A stretch of 59,030 bases of DNA, the filler included, from Catajapyx aquilonaris (lineage: Eukaryota), in NCBI GenBank assembly GCA_000934665.2. It is 2 parts of 2 records of this genome, joined end to end, with 100 filler letters (N's around TTAATTAATTAA, not from the genome) between each part and the next. Parts side by side here need not be neighbours in the genome. Positions count along the whole stretch, not along the records: positions 29,574 to 59,030 come from JYFJ02004788.1; 1 more part is not named here. One strand, given 5' to 3'. This document shows, in pieces, positions 47,679 to 59,030 of this stretch; within the stretch, counting starts at the first letter, position 1; each line of letters opens with the position of its first letter. A program made the position numbers and the translations under genes. The notes under the pieces are model-generated. The model had not been told where the DNA came from, did not search any database, and saw only the letters and a list, made by a program, of their open reading frames with translations.

Positions 47679-50600
47679 ATGGCCGCGAGCAGTTCAGATG
47701 AGAGCTGCGTAGCTCCTAATGACTTCCCTCTTGACGTGTCTCTGGATGAGGAAGATGACGAAGACGGGATCGGAAGGAACCGGGCTAGGGCAAAAAAGGA
47801 AAGATGCCCACTTTGCAATCTCCCCGAAGAAAACTTCTACTGCCACAAATGCGTCAGAAATGGGGACTTCTTCCACTCCAACCCGTTGGATCCTGAGAGG
47901 TATGTAGGCTCATTCACACTCCAGAATTTTATTCCGTATAGTGTGGATACTTCTGCTGCCCGCAGGTAGTGTTGACCCAGGTTTGTTAGTGAAGGAGGCA
48001 CAGGGACACTGCTATGTGGAGATCTGCCAGTGTATGTTAGGGATCTGATGTAATCTGTCACTTGATGGTTTTTAGGGCAGTGTCAGGCAAGGGACCGCTC
48101 CTCTGTATGACTCGGTACATATTCAAATGATTGTGCAACGAAGGAATAATGTTTGTTTTAAATCAGACTTGCATGAAATTACATGCAGATGAAAGAGAGC
48201 ACAAAATACCAAAATTACATAACATTATGGCATTATCAAATCATGTACTAAAATACCCACCCTTTTCTACTTAGAAAAATCTTGACTAGCTATTGAAATT
48301 TAGAGGCCCTGTAATCCAGTATGTTTGAAGAATCAGGGCAAAGATGCTAGTGTGTGTGAACCTTGCATCATCTCACCATGCATCACACTTTGTCATCCCT
48401 GTTTCCAACAATTTATACAGAATTGGAGCATGAGAGTTTCATCATTTCTTTTTGTTTAACAGCGAAGTCCCAATTCCTAATCCAAAATGACATTCCATAC
48501 ACTTCAGCTTTCCCATTTACTCTCAGAATTATTCATATAGAGTGTTTCTTAATTGTGTAAGATCTGCTGCCAGCATAATCACATTATATCAATGTCCTCT
48601 TTGTGTGACATTACAATCTTTACTGTATATTGAGGCAGGGGTGGGGGGGGGAGAGAGAGAGAGAGAGAGTACACTAGCAGAGGGGCCCCTTATCCGGTAG
48701 TCTTTGTGATAATTCACTGGTTTCCTGACAGAGACAACAACCCACCTTGCAGCCAAAGGCAGGCAGAACATCCTGTGCACTTGCAGGGGTTTCATAGGGA
48801 CCAGGATATGAATGTGATAGAGGTGAATGAGTATGAAGGGCTGATCACTGTGAGGTATTCTGAGTGCCTCATACGGCTTCATACTACACTGCATTTGTTA
48901 AAATTGTGGCAGTACGATCAATGCAATATCATGTGCTGATATCATACATTTTCTGAAGGAAAGAGAAAGGTTAACAGTGTTGCATAACCAAAACACTGTA
49001 CCAGGAAAGTGTGTCTAATTTTAGCAAGGATGTACATTTTTTGGGAGTTATGCCTTCATGTTATGATTTTTTAAAAGCAACAATTATATGTTGTGTCACT
49101 TGTGTATTAATAGAAGTATGTTTAAACCTAGGGTAGCCTTGGCAGATTTATTTTTCAGCAAGCTATAGGATTTTAAGTGGGATAAGGGAAGGTATCATCA
49201 ACTATTATATGTGGTAATTCAGGTGGAAACATAATTTATTGAGCCATTTGGTAAATGGATGAAAGTTGTCTTGTGCCTATGGAATGGTCACAGGACCTGA
49301 AGGCCAAATGTAACCATTTATTCCATTTAAATTAGAAGGTGAAGTGGATAATACTAACACAAAGCATCTTAAATTGGTAGGCATCTACCTGTGGCCCATG
49401 AACAGCATTTGAGTAACGCGCAACAAATTGACACCTGTTCCTACAGTAACAGGAATTATTATCTCATTTCCAAAACTTGAATTATGGCCTCTCTTGACAT
49501 TCAGGATGGAGTATTGATGGAACAAAATGTTAACGTATGACAGCTTCAGATATTGTTTTAGAGAGGCAAAAAGTAAGACGGCAGTAACACCGGCACTTCT
49601 GGTTTGGTGAGGTTAAGGATTTGATCTGTTGTTTTGTATTACCTGTGTGTGTCCATCCATGCAGGCAGGTTTTACTGCAGGTGTGATGTTCAGTAGGCCT
49701 CCCACCAGGACAAGGCATATGGCATTAAGACGCATCACACATGCTTATGTGCATCCAGAAATGTCTTCATTACTCATTGGCACTCAGATGCTATTGGAAA
49801 GCCTCTGAATAAAAATTTTATACAGTAAAAGTTGTTGCACTACCAACATTTTTTTGTTACTAATTAGTGGTAGTAATAAATAAATAATACATCATAAATT
49901 AACCCTTCCATTCCCACCGTAGCCATATGGCAACAATTAATCCGGCGGCAAAGCCTTCGCATGCAGAAGGCAGTTTACTGGTCAAACTTCTTTTGCCATC
50001 TAGTGGATGGTGACTCAGCACCCACAAAGTCGGATTGTTATATTTTGCTGGAGCCCTTGAAAGGTAAACAACCCCCCACCTGGCGGCATAATTACAGGGT
50101 GTCCCATAAGTCTGGACTCTTAGGAATTTTTCATAGTACAGTGTTTTAGTATTATTTTGCAACCACAGTAACAACTTTATAGTGATTTGAAAAATTTTCC
50201 TCAATTTAATTGCATTTAAAATTAATTGCATTCAAAAAAAATTCTGGACCACCCTGTAGGTGAATGTTTTCGGCATTTTTACATTCCAAAGGGCCGCCAT
50301 GGGTAAAAATGATAAATATTGAAGCATATTGTTTTTCATTATATCACTCCTACTACAAATTTTTTTCGAAAAGAGAAGAAATGGGCCAAAAAATTCGGGA
50401 ATGAAAGGGTTAATGGCTATGATTTTTAATCAGGACTTTTAACTGAATTGTGGGAAAGCTGGGTAGGCGTATAGGCTTACTTTGTCAACCAGTAGCACGT
50501 AATGATTTCAAATGCCTCTAGTTATCCCCCACTCAACATGGCATGGCTTGAGGCTGCCTCCGCCTCCTGACATCCAAGAGACTCATTATTATCTAATCGA

Positions 50601-53600
50601 GGGGAGACGGAGTGGCGCTGCGGTAACGTACGCGCCCAAGGATGTTAAGGTCCCGGGTTCGAACCCAACCCGGGGATACCTCCTTCATCTCATGCAGACT
50701 TCTCGGGTCGTCTCTGGCTTCGTTTCGGGTGGTATTTCTGACAGACTAAGCCACCCTAGGGAGCTCACAAAATGACCTTACTAGTCGATGCATTGCACCT
50801 TGCACATCCCCTCCCAGTCCCCCTGCCCGTAGGCCCGGGCGCTTCTACCATGGCCTCCCCGAATACCCCGTAAGGGGTGGCAAGGGGTATTGCAATTATA
50901 GGCAAGGGGTATTACAATTATATATATATATATGAGGCATTCCACGTCAACTGGACCCCCCTCCCCGACAAATCTTTTCCGATTTCCACCAAAACCGAGT
51001 ATGTTGTAGTACACATGGCTGTGAGCAAGGACCTCTTTTTGTTTGTCCCTGCGACGCGTGGTTGCATATCTACAGGGTGCGAAAGGTGCTGATTTTTACG
51101 GATTTTGGCTCCGTCCGCCTTCAGTTGGAAGGCCATAACTTCGGGCGATTGCGACATATCCGAAATATGATTAATGGAATGGGAGGCTATTGTAACACCC
51201 TTTCAGACAGTATGAGTCACGTTCGTAAAGTTTTAAAAATTCAAATTAAAGATTGCGTCCAAATGTTTCATTAATTGTTTTTTCCGAAATGGACATTTTT
51301 AAAAAATTTTGAATTGCTCTTAAAATGAACCCTACATTGTTTTATTGACATTTCCGGAAAAAAATGAGAGTAGACTCGCATTATTTAAAAACTCTAAAAG
51401 CGCATACAATAATGTTGCCTCCGTCCGCACTCAGTTGGAGGCCCATAACTGCCAGGAGATTGTTACAAATTCCAAATTTGATTCATGCGTTGGGAAGCTA
51501 TTTGAACTCTCTTTCAGACAGTAGAACTCGTGTTTGTAAGATATCAAAATTTTGAGTTAAAGATGGCGTCCAAAACTTTGATTTATGTTTTTCTCAGAAA
51601 TGGACATTTTTGAAAAATTTTGAATTGCGCTATAAATGAAGCCCGAGATGTTCCGGACCATTTCCGGAAAAAAACAAGAGTAGACTTTCGATATTTATTG
51701 ACAGGAGATATTTTTATAGGGCGCATCCCAGTCGCTCGCCCTGCAACGATTTTGGGTCAAGTGTACAGTGCAGTCGTTGATTGGGGATTTGTGGATCATT
51801 AATAGAGTGACCACTGTGGCATTCGAGTTAAAGCGTTTGGAAACAACCTTGACCCGGGTCCCGGCCCCTCAAAATTCCGAAAATCCTTTATTGACACTTG
51901 GAAACCCACCTAGCTGCCCTAAGGTCTTGGCGGTTTTGAGAGCAGTCCGGCCTAGCAGCCAAAAATAGTCGGATAAAGAAAAGGATATGGGCAAGGAATC
52001 TGCTCAATGGCACTTGTGCCCCCACAGGTCAGTGACTTGTTTTCGGCGCCATGTGCAGCAAATGAGGGATGGCGGATGGCAGATGGGGGGATGCACAGAG
52101 GGGGAAGTAGTAAGGCGTAAGTACACTGCACCCAAAATCGTTGCAGGGCGAGCGACTGGGATGAGCTCTATAAAAATATGTCCTGTCAATAAATATCGAA
52201 AGTCTACTCTTGTTTTTTTCCGGAAATGTCAAGAAAACATCTCGGGCTTCATTTATAGCGCAATTCAAAATTTTTCAAAAATGTCCATTTCTGAGAAAAA
52301 CATAAATCAAAGTTTTGGACGCCATCTTTAACTCAAAATTTTGATATCTTACAAACACGAGTTCTACTGTCTGAAAGAGTTCAAATAGCTTCCCAACGCA
52401 TGAATCAAATTTGGAATTTGTAACAATCTCCTGGCAGTTATGGGCCTCCAACTGAGTGCGGACGGAGGCAACATTATTGTATGCTCTTTTAGAGTTTTTA
52501 AATAACGCGAGTCTACTCTCATTTTTTTCCGGAAATGTCAATAAAACAATGTAGGGTTCATTTTAAGAGCAATTCAAAATTTTTTAAAAATGTCCATTTC
52601 GGAAAAAACAATTAATGAAACATTTGGACGCAATCTTTAATTTGAATTTTTAAAACTTTACGAACGTGACTCATACTGTCTGAAAGGGTGTTACAATAGC
52701 CTCCCATTCCATTAATCATATTTCGGATATGTCGCAATCGCCCGAAGTTATGGCCTTCCAACTGAAGGCGGACGGAGCCAAAATCCGTAAAAATCAGCAC
52801 CTTTCGCACCCTGTAGATATGCAACCACGCGTCGCAGGGACAAACAAAAAGAGGTCCTTGCTCACAGCCATGTGTACTACAACATACTCGGTTTTGGTGG
52901 AAATCGGAAAAGATTTGTCGGGGAGGGGGGTCCAGTTGACGTGGAATGCCTCATATATATTATAAAAAGTGGGCATCTGAAATTGTCATAAAAATCTAAG
53001 TTAAAATTCTTCCACATTCCTAGGACTTCCTGTGGTCATTTCAAATGTGAAAAAAATTGCTAATTCTCAACTTTGAAGCCCAGATTATCTCTACTTAGAG
53101 GACAGACCTCTAAACACTGAGTTTCACTTTTTCATCTAATTTTATTCGGAACAACTTCCAACAGAAATGGCCGTGGAACACCACAAAATCCATCAGAAAA
53201 GGAATCCTTTGCCATACCAGTGGGACGATAATCTAGAACATTCCCATAGTCAGCCATAATCTACAGTAAATACCACATAAGTGAAATATAAAATGGAGTT
53301 GGCTGTTGGCATGATTGCACATAGGCTACCAGATCAAATTGGGGGAAAGTAGGGTAGCAAGTGAGACAGAGAGCTCTTAATGCCTCAGGAACCAATCAGA
53401 AACAGTTGTAAAGCTCTTTATACCTGTTTACACTGTGATGCCCAGGTGATGCCATTACACTGCACTCTGACATCACTGCATTACCCCTTACTCTAAACTA
53501 GCTGATCAATTAATAAATCAAGTAGAACTATGCAATCACAAGTAGCAGAGAAACTCCTTTATGAAGCTACACAAAATCACACTTGGAAAATAATTTGTGA

Positions 53601-56600
53601 CAGAAATATCATTTGAATACTTTTACTCAATTAAGTTTTGTCATTCAGATTATTTAATGCCGGATTATTTAATGATCATTTAATGCCGAAAATGCCATCT
53701 AGAGGGGGTTCATAGACAAGGAACAGGTGCGCTCAGATGCATCAGACGGGAGGTGTTAGCGAGCGGACCATTTAGTTGCTAGGTGTACGCAGATTGTACA
53801 CAATTTCGCAATTCGCAATAACCTGGCAACAACAGAGCCACCCAGCAACTAAAGTCAGTATGCTAGGTAGTGCCATGGTAGCGCGCAGATAATAAGCAAC
53901 TCTGTTGTTGCCAGGTTATGGCGAATTGCACAGTTGTGTACAATCCGCACGCCACCTAGCAACTAAACGGTCTGCTTGCCTAGCACCTCCAGCCTGACGC
54001 GTCTGAGCTCACCCATTACTTGTTTATGAACCGCCTCTGGATGGCGTTTCTGGACACTGTTTCCTATGTCAAATATGTTTGTCTTGGTCGCCTCTATGAC
54101 CCCTACAAGTTTGTTGGTTGATTTCATTTACTCCCTGTATATGTGTATATATACAGTATATATCTATATATACTGGAGCCTACCTGACCACATCTGCTAC
54201 GTACACTTAAGTGCATGTTCTATTTTAGATTATACAGGAATATACCAATTCAGAAATAAGTCCAACATTTGCATAGTCTTTTATGTCTGTGGTAAGACAA
54301 CGTGTTTTACTATTACACAGGTACTTGGTAGCATTGTTGTGTTCATCCTCGATTACGGTTGCGAAAAATCTTCCGACATGCACCCTGCGCATCACGACGA
54401 GAGCCACGTGGACAGGGACTTTCAGGCATGTTAATAAGCTGGAATTGATCCACCTGAGGAGATATTTAATATGCAGTTACATGTGACAATATCATCAAGT
54501 ATTGGATGTTGAAGTTGCACTTGGTAGGGATTTCAAGTATGTTAGAGACATTTAAAAAGAAAAAGAACTCACCCATTCTTCATTGCAAACAATCTGGAAG
54601 TTTGCAGGATCCACTGCAAGGACTCCATTTTCGCAGTTGCCCTGCTCACCTAATGTTTGACATGTCCCACTGACTGGTACCTTCCCTGCTGTGCATGGGT
54701 TGCGCAAGCATACAGGCTCCACTGCTGCATTTACTCTGAAGTACTGGTCACTCCTGCATGGCCCTTGCTGGTACACCCCATAGCATGAGTCTGTTGCTCT
54801 CCAGTACACCTGTTAATGGCATGAAGTTCTTATGAGGCAACTTTTCCTCAAATCTCTCAGTCAGCCAGTTAGTTAGGAGGCATCAACTAGGATTGGTGGA
54901 ATGTGGGAAGAAGGTGTCCAAAAATGGGATATCAAAATAGAAAAATTCATCGAGAGTATGGATATAAACAATTGAAAGTAGCAGTAAATATTTACTGATT
55001 ATAAGGTGTATATCCCATTCAACATGTGTTGTACAGTACTGGCCAATAATCGAGGCAACGACTAGCGACATTTTCCCGAAGCGGCAGAAGAAGGAATGGA
55101 AGATAAGCATGCTAGAAGCCGGGCGAGCAAGATTCCTTCTTCTGCCGCTTCGGGAAAATGTCGCTAGTCGTTGCCTCGATTATTGGCCAGTACTGTAGGA
55201 AGCTATGCATTCAAAAGTGAAATGTCTAGGCTGGCAATTTTATAGTCAGGGTGTCACTTTTGTGTTGTACTAGGGTAATTCCACGGCAACAGAGACATGG
55301 TCCAAAAATGAAGTCGCTTATTGTGGGGTGGAGATGGCTTATTGAAAGAAGATCATTAGGTCATTATGTCACATGAAGGAGGCATAGTAACGTTCTGCTA
55401 CAGGGTAGTAGCAGAACCATGGAATAGTCAAGATATAATAGTCATAACTGACGCAACTTTGGACTGTTTGTTGCATCAGTTACGTTAATTCTAATTTCTC
55501 CTGAAAACATGAACATGAATAGGTGTGGTCTAAAATAATCACAAAACTGCTCCTCCAGTGTAGATCACATATCAGTTATAACATTACTTCTAAACACATT
55601 CAGTGCACAGGGTTTCACATCACTACAGCACCCCCCAAAGAGCCTGTCTTTTTCATGTTGCATCAGTTACATTGCATTAATATTTTACAGAGTCCATTCA
55701 AGTTACTGTTGCAAAATATTTGCAAAATATGGCAATAAGCTACCAGGAGGCAGCCACATGGGAATAATTTTAAATTCCTTTTCCATTAACATTTGCCATT
55801 GCAATAAATAGAAGTACAGCATGAATCCTGTCCAGGTGTTGCGTCAGTTACGGTGGAATTGCCCACTACTAATAACGAATTATAATCATATGGTTTCTTT
55901 AAATTCCAGTATATGCAATTTTCTTCAGGGTTAACCAGTAAAGCTCTGTAGCTGCCTCATGGAATTCTGTTGATATAGTTACCTAGGCCTGAAAGTTGAA
56001 TATACTATTCATAGTGCAAGGTTTGAAGGGTGCCTCTCCTGAAATATGATGTGTGTTCATTGCAGTTGACTTAATATCATTTGATTGTGCGAAGTACAAC
56101 AGAGGGGGTTCCTTACCAAAAATATTGCAACCTATTTATTTATTTACTCCTTACCCCATTATAGGCCCATGGAAGACTTTCTCTTGCAAAAGAAATGAGA
56201 TAAGAAAAACATAAATACAACCTAAATATATCACTTTTGAAAATAGCTTCTCATATGGTTAATGGACTGAAATAATCTCAACTCACATATCCTGGAATGC
56301 AGTCACACACAGCTTCGCCAGTTATATCAAGCACAACATGTGTGCCAGTTGGACAAGTAATCCCAGTCTCAGGCTTGCAGATTCCATTAAATAGAACCTT
56401 ATCGATGGGGCATTGCCTAGTTTGGCACGCAGGTGATTCATTGGTATCATCCCACACTAGCCACTTCTGAGCACCGCAAATATTAGACTCCAGTAGCTTC
56501 TCACAGGTTCCACTGGCATTCCAATACACTTCATACTTCTCAAAGTTGCATGTTATGCCTTGCTCCTCTTGCTGATATCGTGGTACGAGGTCTGTATCAT

Positions 56601-57783
56601 CTGGGAAGTATATATCTTGAGGCATGGCAACTGCCAATGCAATCACAGTGAACAGAATCACATACATTTTGGTTGCTGTAGTACTACACTGAGTGCAGGA
56701 TTCCTGTCAGGGTAGTCTTTTTATCACCCAACCACTTCCGTCTAGTTGAAACAGGATACTCAGACTTCCTGCGAATAAATCAGAAGCTGTGAGCAATCAT
56801 CAGACGTATGTACGTCCTAACTCTGATTCAAAGAAACTGTGATGTCAGACTCTTAAAGGGGCTACGGGGAATGCAAGTTCTTTCCTCCCTCCCCAGACCT
56901 TTTTTTTTTTAATGCTTCATACCCTGGAGCTAATCGTGATCTCATTTTCAGCGAAGCAAGGTCATTAAAAAGGATTGATGTGTAAGACATGACTAGGGGA
57001 AAAAATGAGAGGCAACTGGATTTTTTAATTGACCAATAATTGCTAGTTTACACCGAAGCAGTTTGGTGGAGTGGATAAGGTGTTCGACTGCTAATCAGGA
57101 GGTCCTGGGTTCAAGTCCCGACGCCGGCAATCCTAACCGTGGTTTTCTGTGGTTTCCCGCGGTCCCCCTGGGAGAATTCTAGGATTGATTCCTAAATAAT
57201 AGGCCACAGCCGCTTCCTTCCTTTCCTATCCTTGTCCCGTCCATGAGGAGATGCCGGGTCGGTGGGGAGTTTCTGACCCGCATCTAGGGGGTCATCTTGG
57301 CGAAAGGCCTCCTGAGGGACTGCACACGACCCCCACCATGAGACATTACACTTGCACCAGTGTCCCCCCCCTCATTATCCCTATCCTGTCCCCTGTACCA
57401 GATGGTGGTATTCCACTCCCCTAAGAGGGCATAGGGCCCTAGCACGGGATACAAAAAAGAAAAAAGAAAAGAAGAAGTTTACAGTGGAATTTAATAATAC
57501 AGCTTTTTGTATTTCCCCTAGGTTTGCTGAAAAGAAGCTTAGGCTGTTTAAAGAAAAGAAAGAGAGGTTGAAAATTCTGAGCCAATGTGAGGAGAAATTT
57601 AAGAAGAGGACACAGGCTGATCAGCTGGTATTGGCTTCTTTTTCAAAAGTCTTGTTAGCCCATGTGTGAATGAATTATACAAATAAGTCTTGGAATTGTA
57701 GAGACTGGACATCAGCAGATGCAGAGAAAGGATTCACCTGCTGAAAGTGCTTACCAAAGAGAAACAAGTCACCATTGAGAAAG
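47679..57783 (+). CDS. ATG14: Beclin 1-associated autophagy-related key regulator (Atg14), first three exons; continues beyond window
   Basis: Exons 47679-47899, 57522-57627, 57702-57783. ERCPLC...YCHKCVRNGDFFHS...PERFAEKKLRL matches the Atg14 N-terminal Cys repeats, followed by coiled coil. Confidence 0.92.
49903..50409. mobile_element. piggyBac-like MITE with nested Tc1-type MITE (50095-50256)
   Basis: TTAA|CCCTTCCATTCCC...GGGAATGAAAGGG|TTAA; inner TA|CAGGGTG...CACCCTG|TA. Confidence 0.75.
50601..50933 (+). mobile_element. tRNA-derived SINE, family C
   Basis: TGGCGCTGCGG A box, GGTTCGAACCC B box, duplicated 3' tail GGCAAGGGGTATT.CAATTATA followed by (TA)n. Confidence 0.75.
50934..52952. 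mobile_element. 2.0-kb palindromic non-autonomous element (Sola-like; about 830-bp TIRs)
   Basis: ATAT|GAGGCATTCCACG...CGTGGAATGCCTC|ATAT; arms 50934-51766 and 52121-52952 are nearly identical; spacer about 350 bp. Confidence 0.9.
53683..54059. mobile_element. Older palindromic MITE
   Basis: GCCATCTAGAGGGGGTTCATAGACAAG...ATAACCTGGCAACAACAGAG vs CTCTGTTGTTGCCAGGTTAT...CTTGTTTATGAACCGCCTCTGGATGGC. Confidence 0.75.
54343..56667 (-). CDS. Secreted cysteine-rich protein (DUF4789-like), nested antisense in ATG14 intron 1
   Basis: Exons 56667-56287, 54809-54573, 54453-54343, phase-0 GT-AG introns. Signal peptide MYVILFTVIALAVA, DIYFP motif, GEAVCDCIPGYVYW...DSCY...QQGPC...CLRNPC, C-terminal CPRGSRRDAQGACR. 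Confidence 0.88.
55034..55195. mobile_element. Short Tc1/mariner-type MITE with perfect 64-bp arms
   Basis: TA|CAGTACTGGCCAATAATCG...CGATTATTGGCCAGTACTG|TA; arms 55034-55097 and 55132-55195. Confidence 0.9.
55273..55864. mobile_element. Sola2-like MITE
   Basis: GGGTAATTCCAC / GTGGAATTGCCC termini, 4-bp TSD ACTA on both sides, internal GTTGC.TCAGTTAC repeats. Confidence 0.7.
56686..56725 (-). promoter_or_regulatory. Core promoter of the nested gene (TATA-like + Inr)
   Basis: Minus-strand GATAAAAA at 56725-56718 lies about 30 nt upstream of arthropod Inr TCAGT (56692-56688), which is about 20 nt before the ATG. Confidence 0.55.
57053..57475 (+). mobile_element. Full-length tRNA-derived SINE, family D
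   Basis: TGGTGGAGTGG A box, GGTTCAAGTCCC B box, body with GGTTTTCTGTGGTTTCCC and GGCCACAGCCGCTTCCTTCC, A-rich tail, TSD AGTTTACA (57045-57052, 57476-57483). Confidence 0.85.
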
Positions 57784-59030
57784 GTAAGTTTTCCAAGCTT
57801 ATATAGCCTAGGGATCCTAATATCCCATATGTAGACCCACCCCTTATGTTGATTTAGGGAGGGAGTCTACAAGGTACCAGGTGAAGCTGCTACAATGCCA
57901 CAGAGTGGTTCAAGGAGACCATATCCGCTTCACCTAGTACCCTATAGACTACTCCCCTGATGGTGGGGAGAGCACCGAATTCAGTAAAAGAAATATGACC
58001 AGAACTTTTTCATATTATGTCACATAACTTTGAATGAGGCATGAAATTAGGAGGAAGAGGTTCTTGCAATGTAGTGAAATTGTTCAGGCCAGCAATTAAT
58101 AATAATAGGGTGTGTGGGGTTAGGTGTTCTGCCAACCATAATGGTGCATTACAAATTGCAATTAAAAATCACTTAATCCAGAATGAGATTGTGATTGTAG
58201 GGGAAAAAAAATCTGAAGACATACAGTTGAAAATGAACTGGGGGGGATTCCGAAATGAAGATCATATGGACGGCAGGAGTCGAACTATTGGGATGTAAAG
58301 GTGCAATTTACTCTCCAAAATTGTCATCTGCACTCCAAACTGAGCCTTGGAGTGCAAAATTAGCACTCCAATTGGCTCTGCTGTTAAACATGGCTAGACT
58401 CAGTAATTAAAAATTAAGCACTCCAAGTAAGCGATTTGCAGTCCAGATTAAAGTATGGAGTGTAAACTTGCATCTGGACAACAATCTTAAAATTCGACCC
58501 CTGAGATGGTGTTATACAATAATGGGTCAACCCACAAAAATGGCAAAATTGAGTTAAGCCCAGGAACATACACCCAAAGGGTTAAAAATCACACTGGTGA
58601 ATCTGCATACTTCTGCCATAAATGACCGAAAAGAACACTGAATTAATTTCACAGGTATGCGCTTCAAAGCCCTTTTTCTCAAGACTGTACTCATGTGGTT
58701 TGACTCATTATTGCATAACACCATCCATATATGCTTCGTTTAATAACAGCCTGTAAACACACACCTACAGGTACAGTTGCTTTTGATATCTTAATAGTCT
58801 GCCGGATGTAGTGTTGTTCAAGGATGACTCATGACTAAGTGCAGAGCAATGAGCTTATTAGCATTTTGTTTGCTGATGTATCACCACTTGATGTTACTGC
58901 TTTTTTTGGCATGTTTTATTTTCACAATTGCTCCAGGCCAGTTATTGTTGCAAATAGGGTGAATCCTGCACATAGCAGAATCATTCCATTTTGTAACATT
59001 TTATTGTAGTGAACAAGAAACAACACCCCC

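Noticed and set aside
50601..50675. tRNA-like sequences (also 17700-17785, 31260-31333, 32780-32850, 57055-57125)
   Set aside because: A and B boxes are present, but I see no complete cloverleaf or poly-T terminator, and each continues into a SINE body.
50918..52976. Identical ORF pairs on opposite strands
   Set aside because: A consequence of the palindromic element; no transposase motifs.
57280..57340. HDV-like ribozyme in the SINE module (GGGGGTC...GCCTCCT...GACCCCC)
   Set aside because: P3 is not adjacent to the P1 3' strand, and there is no P1.1 GG, J4/2 or P2.
2888..57783. Minor-spliceosome or non-canonical introns, and stop-codon recoding
   Set aside because: All inferred introns are GT-AG without the U12 donor consensus, and no stop has an obvious readthrough or SECIS context.
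58295..58590. Repeated GCACTCCA / GGGT..A motifs (and GAACAT repeats at about 47040-47130)
   Set aside because: Probably decayed subterminal repeats of DNA elements, but I could not define termini or TSDs.

Overview
Intron-rich animal genomic DNA, most likely insect. It is two segments joined at 29474-29573 by an artificial 100-nt spacer (44 N + TTAATTAATTAA + 44 N). Left segment: RBM22 (-), an hnRNP F/H (glorund-like) gene (-), MOB1 (+) and the 3' part of a DEG/ENaC (pickpocket-like) channel (-). Right segment: the 3' exons of a PPM1A/B-type PP2C (+), DMAC2/ATP5SL (-) head-to-head with ATG14 (+, runs off the window), and a 3-exon secreted Cys-rich (DUF4789-like) gene nested antisense in ATG14 intron 1. 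Introns and intergenic DNA hold many non-autonomous fold-back DNA elements (hAT-, P-, Tc1/mariner-, Kolobok-, piggyBac-, Harbinger- and Sola-like), several tRNA-derived SINEs and a Helitron end; I found no intact transposase. The strongest candidate system is in the hnRNP F/H gene: four separate G-tract/G-quadruplex modules on the transcribed strand, each next to a splice choice that creates a premature stop. One is a 139-nt exon equivalent to the autoregulated exon 4 of human HNRNPH1. Together they suggest a layered AS-NMD autoregulatory circuit. All gene and family assignments come from manual reading and motif recognition, not from database searches.
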